A DNA stretch of 64,000 bases from the human T2T-CHM13v2.0 reference genome, Homo sapiens, in NCBI RefSeq assembly GCF_009914755.1, contig NC_060939.1; one strand, 5' to 3'. Below the pieces are notes generated by a model. That model saw nothing but the letters and a program-made list of their open reading frames with translations. It had not been told where the DNA came from and ran no database searches. Each line of letters starts with the position of its first letter. The first letter of the stretch is position 1. The position numbers and the translations under genes are program-made. Shown in pieces: positions 1 to 15,050 of this stretch.

Positions 1-1390
<1,390 letters not shown>

Positions 1391-1599
1391 ATTGCTATGT
1401 GTCCTAAGCAATATTCCTTCCTCTGTTCTACTTATAAATTCATAAAGGTTTCCTATTTCCTACCAAATGAAATTACAACTTCTTGGCATTGCTCAGCAAT
1501 CTTGCTTGCTTCACAAGAATTTCCAGATTGATCTGCCCCTTGAATCTCAACCATCTCTTCCCTGTTCACCTCTCATTTTGGTGCTACTTGTATTATTCT

Positions 1600-1955
1600 G
1601 GTGATATGTATTCATACCAATGTACCTTTGTTTGTGCTGTCTCCCCTGTGTGTAATGTTCTTGCTTTTCTCCTCCCTGTCATCGAAGGCCCTTCTCCTAC
1701 TGTTAAAATACTCTTTGTCTTCCAGACCAGGATCCAGTGTTTTCTCTTCTTTCATATATTGCTGTTTCTCCTAGTAAGAGGTGGCCAACTCTATCATGCA
1801 CCTCTATTTTCAAGCACAGCACAATTTACATTAGAGTTATTTGTGCACATGTCTTTCTCCTTTGATGGACTATGCATTCATTTATGTAACCTCCTTAGGC
1901 CCTTAGACTATGCCTGCCATGCAGCAGGTAGTTGATATTCATTGTATTTAACTGG
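1600..1955 (+). mobile_element. possible L2 3' remnant
   Basis: Pyrimidine-rich degraded sequence ending 'tgcctgccatgcagcaggtagttgatattcattgtatttaactg', resembling the L2 3' terminus. Confidence 0.35.
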
Positions 1956-4021
1956 CTTTGAGAATTTTAATGATTTCTTTGGCATCTATCCTGATCTAGA
2001 AAGCAATGGTTATCATGGAACAGAGAATCAACAGCACTGTTTAGAGAAGGGAAAGCTAGACAAGAGCTATCCTAGGTTTTTGTAAGTAATTATAGCTTAG
2101 AACAATTTTGCACCAAAGAATCAAGACAGAGCAGGTTGAGCTTAGCAGTCTTGACTATAAGTTCTGAAGACTCTCAAGACTATGACCACAATGGAAAGGC
2201 CCCATTTATAGCGTAAGCAAGACTGCTTTGCTCAGTTCTCAATCAACTATCATGGCTACTTGTTAATCAGTGAAGCCAAGTTTCCTCCTGGATGGCAACA
2301 ACATTTGGTTGTAGTTATGGAGGCAGATTTGATTTTGATTGACTCAGACCTCTGATTGCTGTGTCACAAATATGTAGTAGGATGACTCATTGAATGACTA
2401 GCCTCTCAATGGAGAGCTCAGGACCTTTCACCTAAGATACTTTATTAGTAAAGAGCCCATGTTTAGAAGACAATCTCTCCCTTAGTTGATAAATCCGAGG
2501 CCATGTCATGATGCAGCATAGTCTAGTGCAAGGAAAGTCAGTCATGAAGATTATAACTTGGTTCTAGTCTCAGACAAGCCCTGAATTAATTTGGGATCTC
2601 CAAGAACATATTGTAATGAGCTGTGTCTTCAGACACACTTCCTCATGGATTCTGACTCAGCTGCTTACTATCTCTCAGCCATCTTTCGGGGATTTGCTTC
2701 CCTGAGTCTGATTGTCCTTATTGTAAGGCAGGAATAAGGAAAGTTCTTAGAGAAATCAGTATAGGTTTAATTGAGATGCTATCAGGAAAACACCTGGCAT
2801 AGAGCTCAGGACAGAGGCACTAAATATTGATCTAAATAAGTGTTTAAAAATGTTTATTTTCATTTTTTGCCTACCCAAATCCTCTTGGTTTTTCATCCAG
2901 GCATTTAGGAAAAATATCCTGCCTTGATCAAAGTGGACAGGATTGAACAAGTGGGACTAACACTAAAGAGCTTCATTTTCTTTAGAGGACTCCCTTAAAT
3001 ATAATTGTGTAAAATATTCACCGGCACTGGAAAAACAAGACCAGGCATTGACCTTGTCATTTAGGCATAGGAGTGAACTGTTGTAGCATAAAGTTTCCCC
3101 CATAGTGGTTCTCAGCAGGCTTATGTGATGAGAGAATGATCAGGAATAGCTCACATAACCCAGAGGGATTTTTTTTTCTCACCATTCTCCTTACTTATCT
3201 ATATCCTCAAGTATACACATTCATTAAGACCAACATCAGGCTCAGTGAGCTAACATATTTCATGTAAGGCAGTGAGTCATGAACAGAGCTTTCCTCTTAC
3301 TGAGGAAATCTGCTGAAAAGATCATTGATCACCTCATCTACAAAATGGGAATAACTAAGCACTTAGCAGATGCTTGCCCCAATGGCTGTTACCAGGGTTA
3401 CTGGACATTTTGCCAATATATTAAAAACTGGTTACAAATAAACTCTTCAGACTTAAAAAGGCTGCATTTTGATTTGAGTCTTCCAGGTGACTTCCACATT
3501 CCTACAGGTGGCTAACATTTGATAAATATACTTTATTACAGATAAGAAGAAATTGCTATACTAAATTCGAAACCAAAAGTGCACCTGCAGCTCTATTTTG
3601 CCAATTAATATCTATGTTAAGCTTCCTTGATTTAAAAAGCAATTAACTTTAAAAGATAACTGATTCATAAATTCACATTCCAAGGCTGCCTACCTTTAAA
3701 GTTATTGGTGAATTTCATTTTTTGCAAAGACATAGGATACAAAAATAAGCCCTGTGACAAGTCTGTAGTTTTCAAAGATGTTGAGCACTCAATCAATTTG
3801 CTATATATTTTTTTCACAAAATGTGCAATTTAGGTAACATATGCTGATTATGAATCAGCAGCAATCGTATACATACTGTGGAAGAACATTCCTCTTTATA
3901 CAGTGTATCAAATTTCTTCATCACTATATTCAGCTAGTTTCTGTGTTTAAATATTTACAAAAAAAAATCTTCGGAGGGGAATTTAAACTAACAACCTTTA
4001 GTTCCATCATCAACTGATGGC

Positions 4022-4104
4022 TTAATCACGAATAGTATAGTCATTTAAATTAGCCTCCTGTGGATGATTAGACAATGTAGCCGATGGACCAGTGCGAGGT
4101 ACCT
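4022..4104 (-). pseudogene. candidate terminal coding exon (X7) of a decayed minus-strand gene
   Basis: Minus-strand acceptor 'ttttactgcccattttacag|AG'. Phase-1 reading EVPRTGPSATLSNHPQEANLNDYTIRD* is open to TAA at 4024-4022 and is phase-compatible with X6. A minus-strand AATAAA lies at 3537-3532. Confidence 0.55.
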
Positions 4105-4371
4105 CTGTAAAATGGGCAGTAAAAGCCATGGAATGGCTCACTCCCAATTAATAAACGAACCAACAAACCAATGACAACTCTTTAGTACCTTGGATGACTG
4201 ATTCCTGCTTACTGTCTAAGGTTCGTTTCCCTTTGGAACAGCTAGTTCTACTTCTCATTGTGGATAGTGATTGGACAAGGAGGGACAACTAGATTAGTGC
4301 ACTTTCCCTATGTCCCCCATGTTTTTGCTTATGGAAAAAAATTCATTTCAGGGAGCCAGTATGTTCTTGAA

Positions 4372-4497
4372 CTGTCTTTTTCAAACTAAATTCTGTCACC
4401 TGTTAGCAAGTTGGGAAATCCTTTTAATGGGTCATGCCAAGCATGTAACCTATATTTATTTATGTGGGTTGCGTTCAAAAATGTTTGAAAGCCACTG
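4372..4497. mobile_element. internally deleted hAT-Charlie-type MITE
   Basis: Ends 'gggttgcgttcaaaaatgtttgaaagccactg' and begins 'tttttcaaact', the CAGTG...CACTG TIR type. Resembles 55639-55897 in opposite orientation. Confidence 0.4.
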
Positions 4498-4567
4498 GTT
4501 ATTTACATATTGGATTAAAAATTAGCATTAAGGAGATGCTTTTTGACCAGGAAAATTTCCACCGTGA

Positions 4568-4927
<360 letters not shown>

Positions 4928-5111
4928 TCTCCTACTATCTTAAAAAATACAGACCTGCAATAGCACCTGAAATTATTAGTTGCCTGTTAAGGCAGTCTGA
5001 TTCTGTCCATACAATCAGCCCTCCCACTGGTACCTAGCATTCAGCATGTTTCTAACTATGAAATAGATGCTATAATTTTCTATATGCAAAAATTCCAAAA
5101 GGTAAATAAAG

Positions 5112-5441
5112 AGAGGAGCCAGGATTCATAGATGAAAACTTACACAATTATGGGTGCCCTTTTTAAGGAAAAGAATATCAAGGTATAATTACAAAATTAA
5201 ATATGAAAATAAATACTTACATGGAATAAATGAAAAAATCACAACAATTTCCTGGAGACTTGGAGATTTAGATTTCTTTCTTCTGAGATCTCTTTAGGCA
5301 ATTTACGAGAAATACTTAAACAGAAGTTCTTCGTGACTATAAACAGGCTTTCTCTCCCCTTCTGAAACCTGCAGCAACTCCCAACAACCAAGGGGACCCT
5401 GAAGCTTACAGCTTCATGTACCTAATATTAAATACTTCTCT
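5112..5441. mobile_element. hAT-type DNA transposon remnant (MER96B-like)
   Basis: Both 'aaacttacacaattatgggtgccctttttaaggaaaagaata' and terminal 'ggggaccctgaagcttacagcttcat...tctctg' resemble recalled MER96-family ends. Confidence 0.45.
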
Positions 5442-5509
5442 GGCATAAAAAATTTGAAAAATGAACATAGGAGAGCACACCAATGATGCAAAGATGGGGC
5501 TGTATTAAG

Positions 5510-5752
5510 TTTAGTGCTTAGAGTAAGGCATTGAATGTTCATATACCAGGATGGGTCCAGCTCTGCCACTTATTAACCTGAGACTTTGAGCAAGTTACTT
5601 AACCTCTCCTCTCCACACCTTCATTTTCTCCTTTGCAAAATGGAGTTATTGATTTTACCTGTCTTAAAGGACAATAAATGAGACTATGCATGTGAAACCT
5701 CTAGGACAATGCTAGGCATATAGTGTGTGCTCAATAAATGCTTGTTATTGTT
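5510..5752 (+). mobile_element. MIR SINE
   Basis: MIR core 'ctctgccacttatt...tttgagcaagttacttaacctctc' and 3' part 'gctaggcatatagtgtgtgctcaataaatg'. Confidence 0.85.
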
Positions 5753-5913
5753 TTATAAAAATCTGCAGTCAGCATCAGACACAGATAATTTGGATTCTAG
5801 GCCCCACTCTTAATTTTGCTTTTATTTTTCTGTGCAATGTGATAATGTCCATTCCTGGGGTGGGGGGAAGTGATAAAATGAATGAAACACAGAGAGCTCT
5901 TTGGAAGAAAGGT

Positions 5914-5955
5914 GATCTATCTATCCATATCTGTATATCTACCTATCCATCTATC

Positions 5956-6003
<48 letters not shown>
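5914..6003. repeat. (TCTA)n tetranucleotide microsatellite
   Basis: About 11 uninterrupted TCTA units at ~5957-6000, preceded by degenerate units. Confidence 0.95.
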
Positions 6004-6224
6004 GTAATATAGTGGATGAGTACAGGTAAATTTAGAGCACATTAATAAGATGAGCAACTCTTACACTGTGAATAAATGACCAGTTACATAATTTCTATAC
6101 ATATAAAAACTCAACTCATTGGGGGAGAAATAGATTGGCAAAGGAGAGAAGGGAACTATAAATAGTAAATAGTCTATAGTAAGTAGTCCTTGCAATAAAA
6201 AAGGTATTTTTTAAATCTATTTTT

Positions 6225-9200
6225 TCTGAAATGACAGACATAGAATTCGGAATCTGGATGGCAAAGAAGCACATTGAGATTCAAGAGAAAGATGAAACCA
6301 AATCAAATGAATTCAAGGAATCTAGAAAAACGATCCACGAACTAAAAGATGAAATATCCATTATAAGAAAGAATCACACTGAAATTCTGGAACTGAAAAA
6401 TTTAGTACAATAATTTTATAATACAGTTGGAAGTATTAACGGGAGAATAGACCAAGCTGAGGAAAGAATCTCATAGTTTCAAGACCAGTTCTCCAAATTA
6501 ATTCTGTAAGATAAAGATAAACAAGAATTTTAAAAATGATCAAAACCTCTGAGACATATGAAATTATGTAAAGAGACTAAATTTACAACTCATTGACATT
6601 CTTGAAAGAAGGAGAGAGAATAAGCAACTTGGAAAATATATTTGATGATACAGTCCATAAAAATGTCCCTAATCTTGCTAGAGGTTGATATGCATATACA
6701 GAGAACCCTGGTTAGATACTACATAAGATGACCATCACAAGGGTACAAAGAAAAAAAAATCTTAAAGACAGCTAGAGAGAAGGGTCAAGTCATATACAGA
6801 GGGAACCCCATTAGGCTAGCAGAAGATCTCTCAGGAGAAATCTCACAAGCCAGAAAAGATCAAGGGCCTATTTTCAGTGTTCTTAAAGAAAAGAAATTCC
6901 AACCAAGAATTTCATATCCTGCCAAATGAAGCTTCATAAGTGAAGGAGAAATAAAATTTTTCTCACACAAGCAAGTGCTAAGGGAATTTATATTAACAAG
7001 CATTCAAGGGGTAATTAATAGAGCGCTAAACATGGATTCGAAAGACCACCACCAGCTACCACAAAAACACACTTAAGCACATAACCCACAAACACTATAA
7101 AGCAACTACACAATCAAGTGTACATAACTACAAGCTAACAACACGATGACAGGCTCAAAATCTCACATATCAATATTAAGCCTGATGGAAAATGAGCTAA
7201 ATGTTCCACTTAGAAGACACAGAGTGGAAAGCTGCAGAAAAAGACAAGACCCAACCTTCTGTTGTCTTCAGGAAACCCATCTCACCTGTAGTGATACCCA
7301 AAGGCTCAAAGTAAAGAGATGGAGAAAAATATACCATGCAAATGGAAATCAAAAAGAGTGGAAGTTACTATTCTTATATAGGATAAAATTGATTTTAAAT
7401 CAATAAAAATTAAGAAAGACAATGAAGGGTATTACATAATAATAAGGGTACAATCTAAAAAGAAGACCTAATTATCCTAAATATATATGTACACAACATT
7501 GCAGCATTCAGATTCATAAAACAAGTTTTCCTTGGCCTATGAAAAGATGTAGGCAACCACATAATAATAATGGGAGACTTTAACACCCCACTGATAGTGT
7601 CAGACAGATCATGGAGGCAGAAAACTAACAAATAAATTCTGGATTTAAATTCAACACTTGACCAACAAACAGAATATACATTCTTCTCATCTGCACATGG
7701 AACATATTATAAGGTTGACCACTTGCTTGGTCATAAAGCAAGTCTCAATAAATTCAAAAATATTGAAATCATACAAAGCTTATGCTTGGACCACAATGCA
7801 ATAAAAATGGAAATCAATATCAAGATTTCTCAAAACAACATAAATACATGGAAATGGAACAACTTGTTCCCAAATAACTCTTTGAAATTAATGAAAATAG
7901 TGACACGAATAACCAAAATCTCTGGTATGCTGCTAAAGCAGTGTTAAAAGGAAAGTTAATAACCCTAAAAGCCTTCATCAAGAAGTTGAAAAGATCTCAA
8001 ATAAACAATCTAACACACCTAAAGGACCTAGAAACAAAACAAAACCAAACAACCAACCCCAAAGCTAGCAAAATGAATGAAATAACTAAAATTAGTGAAT
8101 AACTTAATGAAATTAAGATGCAAAAGTTCATAAAAAAGATCAATGAAACTTTCAAAGCATTTGTCCTTCAAGAAAAAACAAAGATTGATAGATTGCTAGC
8201 TAGAGCAACAAAGGAAAAAAAACCCAGAAGATCCAAATTAGTACCAAAGAGGACATGACAACTGATCCCACAGAAATATAAAAGATCATTAGAGATACGA
8301 TGAAAAAATCTATGCACATAGAAATAACTAGGAAAACAGCTAACCAAGGAGGTGAAAGATCTCTACAAGGAGAACTACAAAACACTACTGAAAGAAATCA
8401 GAAATGACACAAATAAATGGAAAAACATTTCACGCTCATGAACTGAAAGAAAGAATCAACATCGTTAAAATGGTCATACTTCTCAAAGCCATTTACAGAT
8501 TCCACACTACTCCTGTCAAACCACCAACATTGTTCCTCACAGAATTAGAAAAAAAAATTCTAAAACTTATATGGAATGAAAAAAGAACCTGAATAGCCAA
8601 AGCAATCCTAAGCAAAAGGAACAAAGCCAGAGGCATTACACTACCAAATTTCAAACTATACTATAAGGCTCTAGTAACCAAACAGCAAGGTACTGGTATG
8701 AAAACAGACACATACACCAATGGAATAGAATAGAGAACTGAGAAATAAAGCTGCATACCTATGAACATATGATCATTGACAAGGCCAGCAAAAACAAGCA
8801 ATGAGGAAAGAACTTCCTATTCAATAAATGGTGCTGAAATAACTGTCTAGTTACATGCAGAAGAAATGAAACTAAACCCTTACCTTTCACTATATACAAA
8901 AATTAACTCAAGTTGGATTAAAAATTTAAATATAGGACCTCAAAGTATAAAAATCCTAGAAGAAAACCTAAGAAGTATCCTTATCAACGTTGGCTTTGAC
9001 AAAGAATTTTTTGCTAAGTCCCCAAAAGCAATTGCAACAAAGACAAAAATTGACAAGTGGGACGTATTTAAACTAATGTGTTTCTGCACAGCAAAAGAAA
9101 CTATCAACAAAGTAAACAGACAACCTATAGAATGGGAGAAAATATTTGCAAACTATGCATCCACCGAAATCTAATACACAGAATCTCTATGGAACTTAAA

Positions 9201-10050
9201 TAAATCAATGAGAAAAAAACAAATAATTCTATTAAAAACGATCAAATAACATCAGGAGATACTTCTCAAAAGAAGGGATACAAGCAGCCAACAAACATGA
9301 AAAAATGCTCATTATCACTAAACATCAAAGAAATGTAAATCAAAACCACAATGAGATACAATCTCACACAAGTCGGAATGACTATTTTTTAAATAGTCAT
9401 AAAACAATAGATAACTGGCAAGACTACAGAGAAAAGAGAATGCTTATACACTGCTGGTGGGAATGCAAATTAGATCTGCTGCTGTGGAATGTAGTTTGGA
9501 GATTTCCCAAAGAATTTAAAACAGAGCTACCATTTAACCCAGCAATCCCATTTCTGGGTATATAACTCAAAAGAAAATAGATTGTTATACCAAAAAAACA
9601 CATTCACTTCTGTATTAATTACTGTGCTAATTACAATAGCAAAGACATGGAATCAACCTAGGTACACATCGGTGGTGGTTTGGATAAAGAAAATGTGGTA
9701 CATATACACCATGGAATACTACACAGCCATAAAAATAATGAAATAATGTACTCTGCAGCAACATGGATGCAGCTGGAGGCCATAATCTTAAGCAAATGAA
9801 CACAGGAACAGAAAATCAAATACTGCATGTTTTCACTTATAAGTAGAAGCTAAACAGTGAGCATATATGGACATAAACACGGAAACAACAAATGCTGTAG
9901 ACTACTAGAGTGGTGGAGGGGAGACATGGGTTGAAATACTACTTCTTAGATACTATGCTCACTACTTGGGTGCAGTATACCTATGTAATAATCCTGCACA
10001 CATACCCCCATATCTAAAATTTAAGAAGTTGAAATTTTAAAAAGAAAATG
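6225..10050 (+). mobile_element. old primate L1 (L1PA16/17-like), 5'-truncated, RT region deleted
   Basis: ORF1 remnant (MTDIEFGIWMAKK...), ORF2 endonuclease start (MTGSKSHISILS...FCCLQETHL), ORF2 C-terminus and 3'UTR with A-rich tail. Sequence jumps at ~8320 from the pre-RT to the post-RT region. Confidence 0.92.
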
Positions 10051-10523
10051 AAAACAAACAGAAGTTATATTTATTACATGCAAGTAAGTAAATGATAGAA
10101 CTACTTGTAATTACCATATTGATTACGTGTAAATAAATTAACACTGGGTGATTTTCAAATTACTTGATCAAATGTCCTAAATGGGATAAATGCCTTCCTG
10201 CTGAAATATATTTGCAATAATGACTTTGCTTAGAAAATATTTTTTTCATAGATAGAGCAAATGTAAATCTCTACCTCAATCCATTTCAAAATCTTGAGAC
10301 ATTGTGAATGGCAGAATTTATATTATTTACTGCATTTAATAAAAGATAAAATGTATAAACATTTAACACATCAAATCCAACTACTGTACTGGCACTCTTA
10401 GTCAATCTGTTTGGATATATGGTTATATAGGATCTTCATGCATTTATGTATTTTCTAATGTCATTGGTACCAACATAATGATTTCTAGTGTTTTGGAACT
10501 CTGCGGAAATGAGGGTGGGCGGG

Positions 10524-10580
10524 GGAGAGAGAGAGAGAGGGGGAGAGAGAGAGGGAAAGAGATTGACAGATAGAGAAGAG
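10524..10580. repeat. (GA)n-rich simple repeat
   Basis: gagagagagagagag...gagagagagagg seen directly. Confidence 0.85.
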
Positions 10581-11434
10581 GAAGAATTTTAGATTCTAGA
10601 TAAAAGGAAAAAGTCCACTTCTATTTTCTCTAGATTTTCAATCATGTGCTTCTTTTGTTCTATTAATAAACAATAACTCCACAGTCCCTCTTTTGAGTTA
10701 AAAAACATTTAAATTAGAATGTAGAAGTATTTGTCCTTCACAATTTACTTACAGGGAAAATAGATACTCACATAAAAATTGAAAAGTACATTTTTCCTTA
10801 ATACCAGCCAACACTGTAATTAATAGTTAATTATTCAAAGGATTTTGCTAAGATATTACTTTCTTAAAGTATGTAATAATTAAATTTGCTACAAGTAAAT
10901 ATAATCAACTATATTCAAATATATTTCATTAGAGACACTTAGAAAAAGTTGAAGCAAGTGGAACCTACATAATTACAGAAGAGTACTGACGTACTCTTCT
11001 TGGACCCAGAAAGTCCCAGAGACATCATCTGCATTGACAAAGGCCAAAACTCAATTGAAGGAGATTCTAGAAGACTCTCCTGCCAGGATTCTGCTCCTCT
11101 AACTGAACCTGATTCAAAAATTTCTACTTAACGAGAGAGCAAACTACATTTTAAATGCAATTTCTGCAGTTGTAAATGATGATTGAAATGATTATTCTTA
11201 TCAGAGAGTTTCTGAGCTAAGAAATGTCTCTTGTGCTACAGATGAGAGATAGAGACCCAGGAAACTATGGACTCACTCTCACTTTATGGCAAAACTGAGT
11301 TCATAAACATGTCTACTGACTTTGAACTGAGGGCATTTTTCATCATTTTACCTGGCTTTCCACCTACTAGCCTCAGGTTTACTCCTATAAAAAAGATTTC
11401 CATCAAAATTTCCCTTTGCTGGTAAAGTCTTAAT

Positions 11435-13160
11435 GATACAAAATCGACTTACAAAATCAGTAGCATTTCTATACACCTATAACCTCCAAACTGAGAATCA
11501 AATCAAGAATACAATTCCATTTAGAATAGCCACACACAAAAATATGCCTAGGAATACGTCTGAGGTAAAAGATCTCTACAAGGAGAACCATACAATACTG
11601 CTGAAAGAAATCAGAGATGACACAAACAAATAGAAAAGCATTCCATGCTTTTGGGTTGGAAGAATCAATATTGCTAAAATGGTCATACTGCTCAAAGCAA
11701 TCTACAGATTTGATGATATTCCTATCAAATTACCAACATTATTTTTCACAGAATTAGAAAAAAATATTCTAAAATTCGTATGAAATAAAAAAGAACCTGA
11801 ATAGTCAAGGCAATCGTACAAAAAAGAACAAAGTTGGAGGTATCACATTATCCAACTTTAAACCATACCATAAGGTTACAGTAATCAAAACAGCATCGTA
11901 CTGGTATAAAAATAGACACACAGACCAATGGAACAGAATAGAGACCCCTGAAATAAAGCTGCACACCCACAACCAACTTATTTTTGACCAAGTAAACAAA
12001 AAGCAATAGGGAAAGGATACCCTATTCAGTAAATGGTGGTGGGAAAACTGACTAACCATATGCAGAAGAATGAAACTGGACACCTAACTCTCACCTTATA
12101 CAAAAATTAACTCAAGATGGTTTAAAGAATTAAATGTAAGACCTCAAACTATAAAAATTATAGTTTATAATTTTAAACAGAAAACCTACAGAATGAGAGA
12201 AAATATTCACAAAATATTCATTGTGTGTCTGACAAAGGACTAATATCCATAACTTATAAGAAACTTAAATCAATAAGCAAAAAACAAACAACCCATTAAA
12301 AAGTGGGTAAAGGACACGAACAGGAACTTCTCAAAAGAAGACATATACATGGCCGAGAAACATATGAAAAAATGCTCAACATCACTAATCAACACAGAGA
12401 TGCAAATCAAAACCACAATGAGACACCATCTCACACCAGTCAGAATGGCTATTATTAAAAAGTCAAAAAATTACAGATGTTGGTGAGGTTGGGAAGAAAA
12501 GAGAACGCTTATATACTGTTGGTGGAAATACAAATTAGTTCAGCCCCCGTGGAATGCAGTTTGGAGATTTCTCTAAGAAATAATAGTAGAATTACAGTTT
12601 GACCCAGCAATCCTATTACTTGGTATATACCCAAAAGAAAATAAATTGCTCTACCATAAAGACACATGCACTTGTATGTTCATTACAGCACTATTCATAG
12701 TAGCAAGTCATGGAATCAACCTAGCTGCCCATCAGCGGTGGATTGGGTAAAGAGAATGTGGTACATAGTCACCATAGAATACTATAAGGCCATTTAAAAA
12801 AATGAAATCATGTCCTTTGCAGCAACATGGACACAGCTGTAGGCCATCATGCTAAGTGAATTAAGGCAGAAACAAAAAACGAAATACCTCAAATTCTCAC
12901 TTACAAGTGGGTTCTAAACACTGGGTACACATGGACACAAAGATAGGAACAATAAACACTAGGAATTCCAAAGGTGCAGGCTAGGAAGAAGGTAAAGGGC
13001 TGAAAACTATCTATTGAGTATTATTTTCACTACTTGGGTGATGGAACCATTAGAGCCTAAACCTCAGCATCAAGCAGTATATCAATGTAGCAAACTTCCA
13101 CATGTACTCCAGAATCTAAAACTAAAACAAAACAAAACAAAAACAAAAATAAAAACAAAA
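11435..13160 (+). mobile_element. 5'-truncated old primate L1 (L1PA15-17/L1PB-like)
   Basis: ORF2 3' half (KSVAFLYTYN...KDLYKENH..LLKEIRDDTNK), 3'UTR, and an (AAAAC)n-degenerated tail at 13118-13160. Confidence 0.92.
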
Positions 13161-13459
13161 CCTCTATAATTTATTATTTTAAACCTTTCTTCTGAAAAAA
13201 GAAAAGAAATTTCTCTTTGCTGGTCAATTAACTAACTGGAGGCAGTACTTATACTCATGGCTTTGACTGAGGATAAAAGAGATTTGAAGAGAAGGTACAA
13301 TATATGTGTGCATGTCATTTTGGTAAAATACATGATCTCTGGGTATGAAACAGTTCAATCAGAAAATCTCCTATTGCTGTTTCTGGGCAGGGGAGACTAA
13401 CTTGGAGCCACACAGAAAAGAAACAGCATCTTTAAAGTGGCACTGAAACTGGAATTTAC

Positions 13460-13722
13460 CTTCTCTGCAGCCAACATTCACAGAAATATATGGCAAGCTA
13501 TCAACATCCATAATGTAAATTCCTTGAGAATAGGCCATGTGCCTCATGTAGCCATATGCCTTTATCCTCACACAATTGCTAGCAAAGATTGGGATTTTCA
13601 TAGGTACCCACTGATTTGTGTGAATTTGGGGCATGAAGAACAGGTGGAAAATGTGGCATTCATGTATGTATTACCGAAAGAAGTCCATCATTTCCATCAT
13701 TTAACTGTAGCTAGCCACCTAT
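13460..13722 (-). pseudogene. candidate decayed coding exon (X6), 263 nt
   Basis: Minus-strand acceptor 'gattttctgtctccacag|AT' and donor 'GAAG|gtaaat'. Reads YRWLATV(K, 1-bp frameshift)MMEMMDFFR*YIHECHIFHLFFMPQIHTNQWVPMKIPIFASNCVRIKAYGYMRHMAYSQGIYIMDVDSLPYISVNVGCRE. The last ~70 codons are open (ORF track 13371-13634). Confidence 0.7.
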
Positions 13723-14390
13723 CTGTGGAGACAGAAAATCATCACTATGCAGATCTCTTTTAGTTTTAGGAATAATTATATAGTAATGTAATCACATAAA
13801 TATAAAACAGCAGATAACTATTACCCTAGGAGGAAGAGTAAGGAATCTTTTGTGACTTGACAAAGCTGCTGTATGCAGCAGTCACTTGAGAAGGAAAGAG
13901 TAGATGCATATTGCATAGGACCCAAAGAAACTTCTGGGAAGGTACTTTATCTGGCCTATTCTCTTTCATGGTTTAAATTCTAGGATGGGTTAAAATATTC
14001 CTAAATATTTTCAAATAGCAGAAAAGGTCACAAAGAAGATAATTTGAGAGACAGGAAATTAATAATCATCGTGGAAGCATTTAGGAATTTTGCCCCAAAA
14101 ATTAAGAATGGAGGCAGAAACACATCTTAAAAGAAATTTAGGAAACCAATAATGTGCTGTATTTATGGGTATTAATTTACTTTTATTATCATCATTACTA
14201 CTATTATTTCTATTACTATTATTTTAGCAAGCCTAAAAGATGACCCAAACCAGATGTGGCTGAGGGGAACTGTAACCAGTGTTAAAGGCTTATTGTGCCT
14301 CAAAGAAAATTTGAGAAAATTTGCTTTAACCAGATTAAAATGAGCCAATTTAAGGGGCCCATGTATTATAATAAATGGAATATGTGCCCA

Positions 14391-14600
14391 TTTTTAAAAA
14401 CTTTTATTTTAGTTTCAGGGGTACATTCACAGGTTTGTCATATAGGTATTAGTAAACTCATGTCATGGGGGGTTGTTATACAGATTATGTCATCACCTAG
14501 CTACTAAGCCTAGTACCCAAGTGTTATTATTTCTAACCTCTCCCTCCTCCCGTCCACCACCCTCAAGTAGGCTGCCTTAGAGTTTGTCGTTCCGTCTTTG
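14391..14600 (-). mobile_element. L1PA (approx. PA11-13) 3'UTR fragment
   Basis: Reverse L1 3' end: 'ttcaggggtacattcacaggtttgtcatataggt...ctaagcctagtacccaa...ctccctcctccc'. Confidence 0.85.
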
Positions 14601-15050
14601 ATGGAATACAAATTAAATTGACAGTAAACTTCAATATTCTTAAGATTTGGTAAAATTCAGGAAAAATTTAATGGGCATTTTTATTTTCAAATTAATAAGC
14701 TATCCAGAACAGTAATGATTAGAAAAGATTTATTTACAAGCAATTTTCAGTTATTGCTTAAATGGAAATAATATTTATATAAAGAAATGTAATATTCATC
14801 AATTTGTCATTCACACCTCTTCTGTATAACTAACTGAATCACCTTTAGATCTCTGTTTTTACCTTCCCAACAAGAGACTTGTCTTGGATTACTTCATACC
14901 AATAACCTTATCCCTTTCTTTTCCATCATCCTTTACACCTTTTGAATTATTTACCAAGTGAGTTGCCATTTAAATTAAGAGAAGTCTCAGCCTCCTTTCC
15001 CAAACCATAATAATAAAACCTGCTTTCAGTTTAGCAATAGAGGAAAATAT

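Noticed and set aside
13460-13722. Resemblance of X6 to a PDZ domain (KAYGY...GIYIMDVD...GCREG) or of X5-X6 to a TIR domain or deaminase
   Set aside because: Motif spacing does not fit and the next exon does not complete any of these folds, so no gene symbol was assigned.
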